From: the human T2T-CHM13v2.0 reference genome, Homo sapiens
DNA: 64,000 nt
Strand: one strand, 5' to 3'
NCBI RefSeq assembly: GCF_009914755.1
Contig: NC_060932.1
The translations under genes were made by a program, and so were the position numbers. The notes beneath the pieces are model-generated. The model saw only the letters and a list, made by a program, of their open reading frames with translations. It was not told the DNA's origin and ran no database searches. Positions 33,913-46,568 of the stretch are shown here, piece by piece (the first letter of the stretch is position 1; the number at the start of each line of letters is the position of its first letter).

Positions 33913-35334
33913 TTTTTAAAAAAGAAATTTTATTATAGGTTCTAGGGTACAGGTGAAGGTTTGTTACACAGGTAAACTCATGTCATGAGGGTTTGTTGTA
34001 CAGATTATTTGATCACCAAGGTATTAGGTTCAGTACCCAATAGTTATCCTTTCTGCTCCTCCCCTCCGCCCATCCTCCACCCTCAAGTAGACTCTGGTGT
34101 CTATTGTTTCCTTCTTTGTGTTAAAGTGTTCTCATCATTTAGGTCCTGCTTACAAGTGAGAATACACAGTATTTGATTTACTGTTCCTGTGTTAGTTTGC
34201 TAAGGAAAATAGCCTCCAGCTCCATCCATGTTCCTGCAAAAGACATCATCTTGTTCTTTTTATATGACTGCATAGTATTCCATAATGTATATGTACCACA
34301 TTTTCTTTATCCAATCTGTCATTGATGGGCATTTAAATTGATTCCATGTCTTTGCTATTGTGAACACAGATGCAATGAACATTTGCATTAATATTACTTT
34401 ATGGTAAAATGATTTATATTCCTCTGGTTATATACCCACTAATGGGATTACTGGATTGAATGGTAGTTCTGCGTTTAGCTCTTTGAGGAATACTGCTTTC
34501 CACAATTATTGACCTAATAATTCACCAGCGGTGTATAAGTGTTCCCTTCTCTTTGCAATCTTGCCAGCATCTGTCATTTTTTGACTTTTCAGTAATAGCC
34601 ATTCTGACTTGTGTGAGATGGTATCTCATTGTGGTTTTGATTTGCACTTCTCTAATGATCAATGATATTGAACTTTTTTTCATATGTTTGTTGGCTGCAT
34701 GTATGTCTTCTTTTGAAAAGTGTCTGCTCATGTCCTTTGTCACTTTTTAATGGGGTTGTTTGTTTTTATCTTGTAAATTTAAGTTCCTTACAGATGCTGG
34801 ATGTTAGACCTTTGTCAGACGCATAGTTTTCAAATATTTTCTTCCATTCTGTAGGTTGTCTGTTTACTCTGTTGATAGTTTCTTTTGCTGTGCAGAAGCT
34901 CTTAAGTTTAATTAGATCCCGTTTGTCAATTTTTGCTTTTGTTGGATTGTTTCAGTGTCTCTGTCCTGAAATCTTTTCCTGTTCTTATGTCCAGGATGGT
35001 ATTACCTATGTTTTCTTCTAGGCTTTTTATAGTTTTGGCTTTTACATTTAAGTCTTTAATCCATATTGAGTTGGTTTTTGTATATGGCGTAAGGAAAGGG
35101 TCCAGCTTTAATCTTCTGCATATGGCTAGCCAGTTGTCCCATCACCATTAGCTGAATAGGAAGCCTTTTCCCCATTGCTTGTTTTTGTCAGCTTTGTTGG
35201 AGATCAGATGGTTGTAGGTGTGCGGCCTTATTTCTGGGCTCTCTATTCTGTTCCATTGGTCTATGTGCCTGTTTTTGTACCAGTACTATGCTGTTTTGGT
35301 TACTATAGCCCTGCAGTACAGTTAGAAGTTGGGA
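33913..35334 (-). mobile_element. 5'-truncated L1PA15/16-like element
   Basis: Antisense 3'UTR ('gggtttgttgtacagattatttgatcacc') and ORF2 C-terminus ([21 protein letters not shown]); possible TSD acaagtt(t/c)ctt at 33902-33912 and 35335-35345. Confidence 0.92.
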
Positions 35335-35439
35335 ACAAGTTCCTTCAAACTGTAAAAGCAATGAAAACATGCGTTGAGATTTATCACAAAGTCTCTTTCC
35401 ATGGTTCCTTTTGTGGGACTCTTTGGCTCCGTCAGTCCT

Positions 35440-35600
35440 CCTTATTTACATCACTGCCATTTTCCATTCACTGTAAATTCCCAGTTTACAAACATGGGGA
35501 TATGTCTGCTGTATTCACTGATGCCTTCTCAGGGCATAAAACCATGCTTGGTCCATATTTGGAGCTCCAGAAATATTTGTTGAATAAATTAATGAGTGAA
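35440..35600. mobile_element. L2 terminal remnant
   Basis: 'ggagctccagaaatatttgttgaataaattaatgagtgaa'. Confidence 0.55.
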
Positions 35601-36084
35601 TTTTTGGAAACTATCACAATTGAACAAAAGCTCTTGTGTTAGGACTCCTTTACCATAATGAATTAAAGTTCCTGAATAATCAGTTGGTTTAATTTTTTTT
35701 TAATTAGTAAATTCAATTGTCTATTCTTGTTAGGAGTTCCACTTTAGGTAAAATAAGCCAGTGCTGTCTTCAAACTGGGGCATAAGTATTTCTGGGGATA
35801 GACAAAGATTTTTCAGGTGATTCACAGACAAAAACACTTAAAGGAAATCAACATTCAGATCTTCAGTTTCCACATATACTCTTTTCTAAAATTTATTCAA
35901 CTGAGAACACACAGGTAAACCACCTCCACTGTCATTATCATGTTTCTTACACTTTACAAAAGAAAGGCACGTCTCTCACCCAGCCTGGTTCTCACTATGG
36001 TGTGTTGCCTGGAGTGTAGAAACTCAGGTGACCATAAAACCTACAATCGAACAAGGGCATTCTTGAGAGTGAAAGTAGGCTCTA

Positions 36085-36380
<296 letters not shown>

Positions 36381-36639
36381 ATAGTTAACTTGCGACAATA
36401 TAATTCACAAAGGTGTATTCAGATAACACTATCACCATTCTCCTCTCCCCTTCTGAGTATACTGGGTTTAAAAAGGTGGTTCTAAGTGAAAGAGTAGCAG
36501 GTAAATTAATAATCACTTGCTAAAGTGGTAAAATTTAAAAAGTATTCTTCCCAGAAATTGATTAAGTAAATAAATCCAATGAGCCAGTGATTTCTAAAAC
36601 TTTGTTTCAAAAGGTCTTATTGAATTGTCAGCTGATGGA

Positions 36640-37090
36640 TCAAAAGACATAAAAAATGTTTATAGCAGCATCATTCATAATAGTCCAAGAGTTGTTACCC
36701 AAAATCTCTATCAAAAGTTGCATGCTATATCCATACAATGGAATCTTACACAGCAATGAGAAAGAACAAATTGTTGCTGCATATAATAACAGGGTTGACT
36801 TTCACAGTCACAGTTTTAGCAAGACTATACTTTTTGATTTCATTTTTATGAAGTTCATCCACAGACAAAACTGATCCGTGGTGTTAGAGATTAAAACAAT
36901 AGTATAATGATTATTTTTGGGTGGGTTATAGACCAGGAGGGGGCACAAAGGAGCCATCGGGAGAGATGGAAATGTGTTCTAGATCTTGATCTCGGTAGCG
37001 GTTACATGGGTCAATCTACATTTAAATCTTCATCTAGTTTAACATTTGTCAACTTTATGTAAGGTATACATTAATAAGAAAGAAAAACAA
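36640..37090 (+). mobile_element. L1ME-like 3' end
   Basis: 'aatgtttatagcagcatcattcataatag', 'gatggaaatgtgttctagatcttgatctcggtagcggttacatggg'. Confidence 0.75.
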
Positions 37091-37291
37091 ACTGATTTAT
37101 TTCATCAATAAAGGTTTACTAATGCACAAGGCTGGGGGTTGGTGATGTAATAATGAACAGGATCTCAAGAAGCTTATAGATAGGAAAACCGTCTCTACAA
37201 ACCATATCTATCTGTTTTGGCAAAATTGTTAACACTCACTTGCACCCCCCCAGATGCCCTGGATTTTGTAATAAATTACATAATTGCTCCA

Positions 37292-37815
37292 TGTTCCAGT
37301 TATCTATTGCTTTGTAACAAATAATCTTCAATGCTTAATGGCTTAAAATAAAAATTTTTAACATAGCTCACAATATTATGGGTCAGGAATTCATGCAGGG
37401 CTCAGCTGGGCAATTCTTTTAGCTCTACTGGCCTTGAATGCAGTCACTTGGAGGCACTAAACTGGCAGATGGGCTGATCTGGAGGGTTCAAGATGGTCCA
37501 CTCATAAACTCTGGAACTTTGCTGGGGATAGCTGGGAGACAGGGTTCATCTGGGATAGTTGACTGGAGTACCTCCATGTGGCCTCTCCACAGTGGACATC
37601 TCAGGGTAATTAGATGACCCTCTAATGAGGTGGCTGGCCTGGTGGAAGCTGCATGACTTCTATGACCAAGCCTTGGAAGTCACCTAGTGTCTCTTCCACC
37701 TCATTCTATTGATTGAAGCAGCCACAGCCTGCTATGTTCAAGAAGAGGGAACGTAAACCCCATTGCCCAGTGGGAGGGATGTAAAAAAATCTGCAGCCAT
37801 TTTTAAAAAACCTCA
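37292..37815 (-). mobile_element. MLT1 (F/G/H-like) LTR
   Basis: 'agttatctattgctttgtaacaaa...gggtcaggaattcatgcagggctcagctgggca...tctgcagccattttt'. Confidence 0.8.
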
Positions 37816-37849
37816 ATGCCCTACTTGGATCAATTCCAAGTAGACATTT

Positions 37850-38500
37850 TACACATCTATGTTCTCAATATCTTTTGCATCCTTGTCCTCTCTATCCTTA
37901 GTATAACGTCATTAGCTTGGATTCTCACAATTTTTCATTTGTACTGTTAGTGAATACTCTTAATTGATCCCCTGTTCTAATTTCTGTCTTCTTTATTTCG
38001 TCTTATTCATGGTTACCTAATGGCCAGCTTTAAAAATCTGTTAAACTTTTGCTAAAAAAATTTTGAAACAAATCCCTCTTTGTTTATGAATTAGAACCCA
38101 AACTCCTTTGACTGACATTTAAAGCTCTTTATGACTTGATTCTAGCCTATTTTTTCAGACTGATCTTTCATTTCCCCTTTCGTGAACTTTAACGTTCAGC
38201 CAAATACGCATTCTTTATGTTGCCTCTATAGGACCCACGCTTCACAGCCTCAGTGCATTAACTCACGTCGTATCTTCTGTCTGAAGTGAACCTGCTCACC
38301 TGACATACATATGTACAGCCCAAATCTAACGGTTCTGCAAGGTCCTGCTGAAACGCCTCCTCCAGGATGCTCATTCATTCATTCAACAAACATTTATTTC
38401 AGGTCTTACTCATCAGCCTCTTTCCTAGGCCCTGGAAACACAGAGGAGAAGAGGCAGAAAAGGTCCTCAGCCTCAGAAGATTTGCAAATCTCTATTGGGA
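37850..38500. mobile_element. L2 fragments
   Basis: 'aaactcctttgactgacatttaaagctctttatgacttg', 'tcattcattcattcaacaaacatttatt'. Confidence 0.55.
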
Positions 38501-38559
38501 AGTAATCTTGTCCCTTGATCACTCATAAAAATCCATTGATTCTTTTCTTGTGCTAATTT

Positions 38560-39090
38560 TAGAGGTAGTGTAAGTAGAGTAACTAAATATTAAGATCCTG
38601 AAACTGTGACCTTGAAAAAGTTTTGGACCTTCTTTGGGCTTCAGTTTTCCTTTCTGTGAAGTGGGCTATTAATAGTACCTATCACACAGTTGCCGTCAAA
38701 TTTAAACACATTATTAAATACAAAACACTTAGAATAGAGTTTGGTAAACAGTAAGCACTAAATAAGCTTTAGTTATTATTATTATTATTGTTGCCACTGT
38801 CATTTTTGGTTGTATATTCCCCCCACATTAGATTTATATACTTTTTTGAGGCTGGGTAAGATAGCTTACAGTTATGGTGTTTTGGGGTTAGTGTGAACTT
38901 TTAAGTCAGATAGAGCTGTTTGAGTCCAGCTCAGCAACTCATTAACTGTGAGACCTTGGCCAAGTTACCTTTCTGTACCTTACTTTTTACATATTTAAAT
39001 TCTGCAGAGCAATACCTAACAGAGTTGTCACAGGGATTTAATGAGGTCGTATTTGTATATGGCCTAATTTATTGTCTGATACGTAGTATG
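38560..39090 (+). mobile_element. Two MIR copies
   Basis: 'ctgtgaccttg...gggcttcagttttcctttctgtgaagtggg'; 'actgtgagaccttggccaagttac'. Confidence 0.7.
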
Positions 39091-39634
39091 TTCCTCCCAA
39101 ACGATGATGAAGGTGATAATGGTGATGATGATGAGCAGAGACAGTGATAAAATTATCATTCTGACATTTTCTAGGATCCCCTCTACTTACTATGATACAT
39201 AATTTAGTGAATGTCCTTTTAGATATTCTAATGCTACTATAAAAACAATGTTCCCTAATTAGGATTATACTGTGTTTAATTAATCTCCTTTTATTGCTTC
39301 CTGTAAATAGTAGATGTCTTTAAATTTCAACCTGTAGAGATGTGCCTCATCTTTTAAAATGATTATGTGGTGCTTCTTTCTATATGTGTATAGAAATAAT
39401 TTATTTAAGCAGTCTCTTACAAATGTATACTCAAGTGTTTCCAAGTTTTTCCATTATATACCATGCTATAATTAAATCAATTACATAAAGATATATGTTA
39501 CTATACCTATCTTATTATTTCTTTAAGATAAGCATTTAGAAGTAAAATTGCTTTACAAAGGAAATGTACATCAAGATTTTTATGCATCCTGATAAATCGC
39601 TCTCCTGGTTGGTTGTAACAACTACTACTCTCTC

Positions 39635-40000
39635 TGATGTAGTCTGAATGTTTGTATCCCCCTAAAATTCATATGTTGAAACCTAACTACCAGTGTGATG
39701 TTATTAGCAGGTAGGGCTTTTGGGGTGTGATTAAATCACAAGGACTCTGTCCTCATGAATGGGATTGATGCCCTTATAAAATAGTTCCAAGGGAGTCTGT
39801 TTTCCTCTTTCACCATGTGAAGACACAGTGAGAAGACGCCACCTATGAGCCAGGAAACAGACCCTCACCAGACACCAAATTGGCTGGCACTTTGGATCTT
39901 GGATTTTCCAGCCTCCAGGACTGTAAGGAATACATTTCTGTTGTCTATAAACCACTCGGTTTATGGTATTTTGTTATAGTAGCCCGAATGGACCAAGACA
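39635..40000 (+). mobile_element. MLT1A0-like LTR
   Basis: 'gtctgaatgtttgtatcccc...aaattcatatgttgaaacct'...'ttgttatagtagcccgaatggaccaagaca'. Confidence 0.88.
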
Positions 40001-41099
40001 TCACCAAGTATTTAGACACCATTACTAAATAAACACTAGGCTTTGGTCAATTTCTGCACATCTTTGTCAAGATTTATTTTTTTCATCTCTTTTTTAAACC
40101 TATCAATATATTCCTACTAACACAGGCTCTTTAATGTATGTCTTTTTATTTCCTCTAGACTACAGGCTTCTTGAGAAAAACAACCTTCATTCATTTTGGT
40201 AGTTTCCACTAATCAGTGATACATTTCCCTGCATCTGGAGCAAGTACATATCTTTCCTCAGCAATTATTTGCAACATTAAAGTAGATCAAGGCCTTAAGC
40301 AAAGTCACGTATTTGTTCATTAAAGGGTTGTTGGGGAGGGAGATGGTTTCAAGTGATTGGAAATTAAAATTTATTTTTAGAATTTACTTTTATTTCAAAT
40401 ATAACTCCTTTTTCTCCCTGCTGGTATTTCCCTGTTGGTATAATAGATCTGGAGTACCTGAGTGCTGCATTGTGGGTAAAGAGAGGAAGGATAGAGAGGG
40501 GACGAGAGGAGGTCTGAGAGGCTGCCAGGCAGGCTTAGGAGGGCTCCCATTTGGCTCCACTGTCCCCTACCAGACAAAAGTGAAACCAGTCTGGTCAGTT
40601 TGTTAGAAAAGACTTGGCAAGGGTGGCTGTTCCAACAAGAAAATCATCCGGGGCAAAAGTGAGAGAAGGTGACTGGCGATTACTATTAAAAAGTTCGGAG
40701 GAAAATGAGGTGCAGGTAAAATACTTTCTTACATGCTGCTTTTAAACAACGGGAGTCAAGAAAACAGTGTATAAAACAATAAAAGAGCTAGAGAGGTTTC
40801 CATATGAGAAGAATGAAAAGTTTTTTTAAAAAAACCCCACCACATTCTAAACCCACCACTTTAAATGAGCTCGGATCTCAATACCCCCAAGAATTACATC
40901 CTAGGTAATAATATGGTACTTAACATTTATACAGTGCAGAGTTGCAAATGGGAGGCCCCTGGGCTGCATTCAGTCTCCAAATATGTTTTGTTTGGCCCAC
41001 ACAGCATTGGCCAGATAGTGTTTGTAAAAATTTTTAGTAGTTACCCAGATTTAAAATTAGAAACAGCCTGGCTATTCACCAAACTGCTTCACTTCATCC

Positions 41100-41395
41100 C
41101 CCAGGCACACAGCTAGATTGCATTTCTCAGCCTCCACCGCACCATGTGAAATGTGAATGAAAGCGATGGGCGCTTCCTACAGGTCTGGCCCATGCAAACC
41201 GACCATGAGCAGCCCTCCCAGCTCTTTGCCCTTTTGTTTCCCTGAATGACAGTGTGGAGGAGAGTCTCCTTTCCCACTCTTTCCTCCTCTTTCCCTGCAC
41301 CAACCCAAAACAAGATTGGGTGAGCAAGAAGTAATCGTCTGTGATGTTTGAGCCGTTTTGTATGTTGGCATTCATCAGACACAACAGTTAGCAGA
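41100..41395 (+). mobile_element. Old MLT1 (J/K-like) LTR fragment
   Basis: 'ccctgaatgacagtgtggag...gtgagcaagaagtaa...tgtttgagccg'. Confidence 0.5.
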
Positions 41396-42154
41396 TGCTA
41401 CTCAATATGCTCTGTAGCCGGGTTCATGCAACCTCTAGTATGGCAAGATCCATTCCCTATTATCTCTTATACCCCTAAGGTATTACCCAGTTATGTTTCC
41501 TGGTAGACTCCCTTAGGTATGATTAGAATTTGAGACTTTTTATATTGTGCTGTAGAGTTTACTAGGCATGCCCACAGTCACATTCATTATCCCTTAAACC
41601 TTTTAACAACTCTGCGTTTTTGGCACTGGATACCCCCATTCACTCTTCAGTAAGTTTGGTTTCATCTGAGTAAAAAGTTATTGAGCTCCTACCACAGACC
41701 AGGCACTGTGCTGGGCCCAGGAGATACAAAAATGAGACATGGGGAAATGGAAACTTACAAATGTTTTGACTCATATCATTACACATTTACCAAGTTACAG
41801 GCTGCTAAGAGAAATGGCAGGGGTGATATCATGTATCTCTACCAAGAGCAATCTCTGAGAAATAGTGGTGGTCTGGAATAATGCCAGAAGATAAGACATG
41901 ATCAAAAGTTTGGACTTTTCAAAAGGAAAATAATATGACTTCTTGAAACTAGAAATTTGTATATTTAATGTTGATACCAGGAAAAAGCTTAGAAATCATC
42001 ATTTAACAAAGGTTTTGTGACCACTTATAAAAGAAGAAATCATTCCTGGAAGTCAGGATTGGTTCACTAAGAGAAAATTTCACTAAACTTAATTTATCCC
42101 CTTTTTGAGTGGGATTATTATTCTGCAAGCTATGGAAAATGTTACAAAGATGGT

Positions 42155-42950
42155 TGCTTTAGTTTGCTTGGGCTGTGTATTAGGCTGTTCTTGCATTGCT
42201 ATAAAGAAATACCTGAGGCTGGGTAATTTATAAAGAAAAGAGACTTATTTGGCTCACGGTTCCACAGGCTGTACAAGCATGGCACCAACATCCGCTCAGC
42301 TTCTGAAGATGTATCAGGAAGCTCTTATTCATGGCAAAAGGCAAAGCAGGAGCAGGCCTATTGCTCACACGATGACAGCAGGAGCAACAGAGGCGGAGTG
42401 GGGTGGGTGGAGGCACCACATATTTAAACAACCAGATCTAGTGAGAGCTCACTTACTATCTCAAGGACAGCACCAAAACATGAGGGACCCACCCCCACGA
42501 ACCAAACCCTTCCCACCAAGCCCCACCTCCAACAGTGGGAATTACAATTCAACGAGATTTGGTGGGGACAAATATTCAAATTCTACTGGGCTGCAACAAC
42601 AAAATACTACAGACTGGCTAGATTCAACAATTTATTTTCTCACAGTTCTGGAGGCTGTAAGTCTGACAGCAATGTGCCAGCATGGTCATTTCCTGGTGAG
42701 GTCTCTCTTCCTGGCTTGCAGATGACTGCATTCTCATGGTGTGCTTACATGGCCTTTCCTTGATGCCTGAGTGTGGAAAGAGGGGGTAGGAGAAGGTCAT
42801 CGATCCTGTTGGATTAGGATCCCACCTTTATGACCTTATTTAACCTTAATTGCTTGCTGAAGTCCCCATCTCCAAATACAGTCACACTGGGGGTTAGTGT
42901 TTCATCATATGAACTCCAGGTGGGGTGGGGGGCACAATTCAGTCCATAGA
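42155..42950 (-). mobile_element. MLT1A-like LTR interrupted by an MST LTR
   Basis: 'tttagtttgcttgggctg'...'caacaacaaaatactacagactgg...ttctcacagttctggaggctg...ggcacaattcagtccatag'. Confidence 0.82.
42176..42588 (-). mobile_element. MSTA/MSTB solo LTR
   Basis: 'tgtattaggctgttcttgcattgctataaagaaatacctgaggctgggtaatttataaagaaaagag'...'ggggacaaatattcaaa'; 5-bp TSD ggctg at 42171-42175 and 42589-42593. Confidence 0.9.
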
Positions 42951-43729
42951 GATGATGACTCTTGCTTTTAACATAGCATCTGACAAGAATATTTTTATGA
43001 TATCACTATAGATCAATTGAATACATATCCTAGAAAATGGTAAATTTAGATGGGTGTAGATTAATAGGTAATTGTCAAACATGAGAAAGGTCATTGGTAG
43101 CATGTCTAGGTTAACACTTTCATTAAGAACATAGTTATAAACATAGAAAACATACTTGTGGAGTGTGCAGCTCATATACTGGATGATAAAATCAAGATTC
43201 AAAATGAAACCTACGGGCTAGATTTATGGATTCAACTAATGAAATGTCATTCAGCCAGATAAATGTACAATCCATTACTGAAGATGAAGACATTATATAA
43301 GATAGGATGAAAGTTGAGAAAAAATCCTGGGGGAAATGAGTCACAGCAACCCAGGCTGTGTTCTTAAAAGTCTAAATCTAGGTCGAGGTGATAGTCCCAT
43401 GTTGTACCGGTTCTGGGAGACATATGTAGAAAGGAGGCCATTGATAATGTAGAAAGGATTCAGGAAGATGACTAAGATGGCCCAGTACCTGGTTCAACTC
43501 AGTTGCTATTGCTCTATGTAGTGCTGGCTCAGGGATCTGGAGAGAGTTAACTTAGAGGTATGAAGCCTTGTGGGGAATACGAAACCATCTTCAAATATAA
43601 GGAAAGTTGTCATAAACTGCTTTTGATTCTATCTGGGTGGGGGGATTATAAAATAGTTTTGTTTTGTTCTTTTTCTTTAATTAAAAAAAAATCTACCCTA
43701 TTTAGACTGCATGAACTACCACTAAGCGC

Positions 43730-43930
43730 TATTTCAAGCACCTCACAAATGTTGCCTCTCTTATTTCCTAGAACAATCTGGTGAGAAAATAGTATGTCCC
43801 CATATTATTGATGGGAAAACTGAGGGCCAGGGAGGGTAATTGTCTTTTCCGAGGTCATACAGCTAGTAGGTGAAGGAAGTAGGGTTTGAATCCAGCTCTG
43901 TGAGGCTGTAGAGCCCGTGCTCTTGACCAG
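43730..43930 (-). mobile_element. MIR
   Basis: 'gatgggaaaactgagggccaggga...aggtcatacagctagtagg...gggtttgaatccagctctg'. Confidence 0.75.
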
Positions 43931-44147
43931 CACACTTTATTAGCCCCTGTTCTTTCCACATGTTCTGTAATAAGCAAAAACATTACTTGGATATCCAGGG
44001 AAAACATTTAAAAATGAAAACAAACAGAAAGACAAAGAGGCAGAGGAAGGACCATGGATGGAGGATAATGCAGTTAGATTTAGGTCTGTATCTGGAAGAA
44101 CTGTCTAATGGTGACACATTTCCATGAGTGGAGTGGGTGGCCTTGAT

Positions 44148-44650
44148 GGCTCTGGATGAGGATCTGCAGAGGCTGTGGAGGTGAGGAAACACCTGGGATC
44201 TCTGGGTGAGGATCTGCAGAGGCCGTGGAGGTGAGGAAGCACCTGGAAGGCTCTGGGGGAGGATCTGCAGAGGCCACAGAGGTGAGGGAGCACCCGGGAG
44301 ATTCTGGGGGAGGATCTGCAGAGGCTGTAGAGGTGAGGGAACACCTGTGGGACTCTGGGGGAGGGGCTGCAGAGGCCATGGAGGTGAGGGAGCACCTTGG
44401 ATATACTGGGTGGGGATCTGCAGAGGCCATGGAGGTGAGGGAGCACCTGGGAGGTTCTGAGAGAGGATCTGCAGAGGCCATGGAGGTGAGGGAGCACCTG
44501 GGAGACTCTGGAGGAGGATCTGCAGAGGCCGTGGAGGTGAGGGAGCACCTGGGAGACTCTGGAGGAGGATCTGCAGAGGCCGTGGAGGTGAGGGAGCACC
44601 TGGGAGACTCTGGGGGAGGATCTGCAGAGGCCGTGGAGGTGAGGGAGCAC
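44148..44650. repeat. G-rich minisatellite (VNTR), 51-bp unit, ~10 copies
   Basis: Unit ~ggatctgcagaggccgtggaggtgagggagcacctgggagactctggggga; g(a/g)tctgcaga-type anchor recurs at 44161, 44211, 44262, 44313, 44364, 44415, 44466, 44517, 44568, 44619. Confidence 0.97.
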
Positions 44651-44694
44651 TAGGTTATCCAACCTCAAGATGCTCTATACAGTGTCCTAATGGA

Positions 44695-45400
44695 TCTATT
44701 CATTTCTTCAACCAGCACATGATTATTGAGCACTCAGTAAGCCTCAGACAATGGTCTAGGCTTCAGAGACACTGGTGAACAAGTCACTGCTCTCGTGAAG
44801 TTTATATTCTAGTCTGAGGGGACAGATAAATAAAGGCACATGTCATATGCAGGGTGATGATAAGTGCTCTATGAAGGAGGAGTGCACAGGACAAAGGGAT
44901 AGGGAAGGATGTTGGATGGGAGAGGAACAGAACTGTTATATGCAAATGCAGAGTGAGACTCCGTGGACAGTTCCTCTAAAATATAAATCATACCAAGCCA
45001 TTCTTTAGTAGGTCCCTCAGTGATTTAACATATTAAAATATCTCTAGTGATTCTTCATTTTAAAGTAAAATCCAAAGTCCTTACAATAGACTGCCATGTC
45101 CTGCCTAATAGGCTCCCACCCCACAATTGCTGCAACCTCATTTTCTACCTTTCCACCCATGCTCCTTTTGCTTAAGTTACAATGGTTTCCCAGCACCTCC
45201 TACGACACACTGGCGCACTCCTGCCATAGGGCCTTTGCACTGGCTCTTCACACTACCTGAAACCCTCTCACCTAGATATTCACACGGCTCACTGTCACCT
45301 CCTTCTAGACTTTGTCCAAACGACATCGTATCAGAAAGGCCCTCTGTCCCTGACCACCCTGAATAAACCAGAGCTTCTTCACCCATTGCTCTCTCTCCCA
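44695..45400. mobile_element. L2 fragments in both orientations
   Basis: 'ttattgagcact...gtgaacaagtcactgctctcgtgaagtttatattctagt'; 'aaaatccaaagtccttacaat...gggcctttgcactggct'. Confidence 0.7.
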
Positions 45401-45402
45401 TG

Positions 45403-46270
45403 ACCCCCAGATCAGCTACATATTCTGAAGGACCCAGTACAAAATAAAATATGAGGTTCAAAAAGCAGGGGAAAAATGCTGTTAAAAGTACTAAAATAGG
45501 AAACTTTTTTCTTTTCTTCGTGACCTCTTTCTCAACTTGTTTTTTAACTTGCCATTTAATGCTGTGCTCTAAAACGCAGGATGCTTGTAGACTGAGGGTA
45601 GACCTTCAGAAGCACATGGGGTGCCCATCCACTGTGGTGGGCCTGGTGGAAGGAAAGATGCCTGGCCCAACTTCCTGGGCATGGCACATCAGTCATCTGG
45701 CAATCAGTGGGAAGGGGAACCTGGCAGCCAGAGAGCTGCACAAGGCACCAAGTTGCAGGTGAGCACCACGATGCCCTAGGTACCTAGATCAGGGTGGGAG
45801 AGAGGCTTGCCCTCATTGAGTCACCCACTGAATGCACTGCGGTGCTACCAACTCTGGGATGAAGACAGCCCTAGCCACACCCCATCTGGGATGGCACAGA
45901 GCGTATGTGCCCAATCCTGACCCTTCCCATGCTTTTGTTTATGTCCCAGCTGGGGCCACAGGGTGGCAGCGATCAAGGGGTGGATGCATGAATGGGGTGG
46001 CCCCATGGGGCCTGGAGTGCCAGAAGGTCGGGAGCAGGTGTCTGGGAACTTGTCCTGGGAGGTGGCAGGAGGCACGATGGGGCTGAGGCTCCAAGTCTCC
46101 ACTCTATGCCCCATTGTCCCATAAGATTTCACTTACAAAACCCAGATGCAAAGATGAGATTATGACTATCAGGACAATAACCACAGGGCATTAAGCCCCA
46201 GGTGTGGGCCCTTCTGAGTTTGGGGCCCTCTACAACTGCACAGGGCCTAAGCCCTTGAAAAGCCCTCCTG
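45403..46270. mobile_element. MER45-family (hAT-Tip100) non-autonomous DNA transposon, B/C-sized
   Basis: Left 'gctacatattctgaaggacccagtacaaaataaaat...aaaagcaggggaaaaatgctgttaaaagtactaaaata'; right 'ggggccctctacaactgcacagg...cccttgaaaagccctcctg'. Confidence 0.7.
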
Positions 46271-46477
46271 GCCACCCCATGTAAACTTTGCCTAGCCACT
46301 GTATTATGTATTTATTTGATTTTTAATGTTCTGTCTCCTTCCCCCATTAATAAGCTCCACTGAAGTGAGGACATTGTTCTCTTCCTTATGTGTTCTTAGT
46401 GCCCTCAGATAAAAAGGATAAAGAATGACTTAAACTCTGGAATGTCAATACATAAAACTTGAAAAAATATTGCTTCT

Positions 46478-46568
46478 CAAACTACCATGGCACATGTATA
46501 CCTATGTAACAAACCTGCATGTCCTGCACTGCACATGTATCCCAGAACTTAAAGTAAAATTAAAAAAA
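46478..46568 (+). mobile_element. 91-bp L1PA (PA7/8-like) 3' tip with perfect 17-bp TSD
   Basis: caaactaccatggcacatgtatacctatgtaacaaacctgca...cccagaacttaaagtaaaat plus A tail; TSD gaaaaaatattgcttct at 46461-46477 and 46569-46585. Confidence 0.92.

Larger units (their letters stand above)
41930..43620 (+). mobile_element. L3/CR1 LINE RT remnant, split by nested MaLR LTRs
   Basis: 'ggttcactaagagaaaatttcactaaacttaatt' before the LTRs; after them 'cttgcttttaacatagcatctgacaag' (degenerate LDFSKAFD), 'ggatgataaaatcaagattcaaaatga', 'catcttcaaatataaggaaagttgtca'. Confidence 0.6.

Noticed and set aside
35760-36050. Possible hAT-Charlie fragment (also a similar hint at ~40935-41060)
   Set aside because: Resemblance too weak to assign a family or boundaries without a Dfam search
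42249-42725. 158-aa ORF
   Set aside because: Lies wholly within nested MST/MLT1A LTRs; no recognisable domain
44080-44668. Repetitive ORFs on both strands, and the array as CRISPR-like
   Set aside because: Head-to-tail tandem units with no unique spacers in primate DNA; ORFs follow from a 51-bp stop-poor unit
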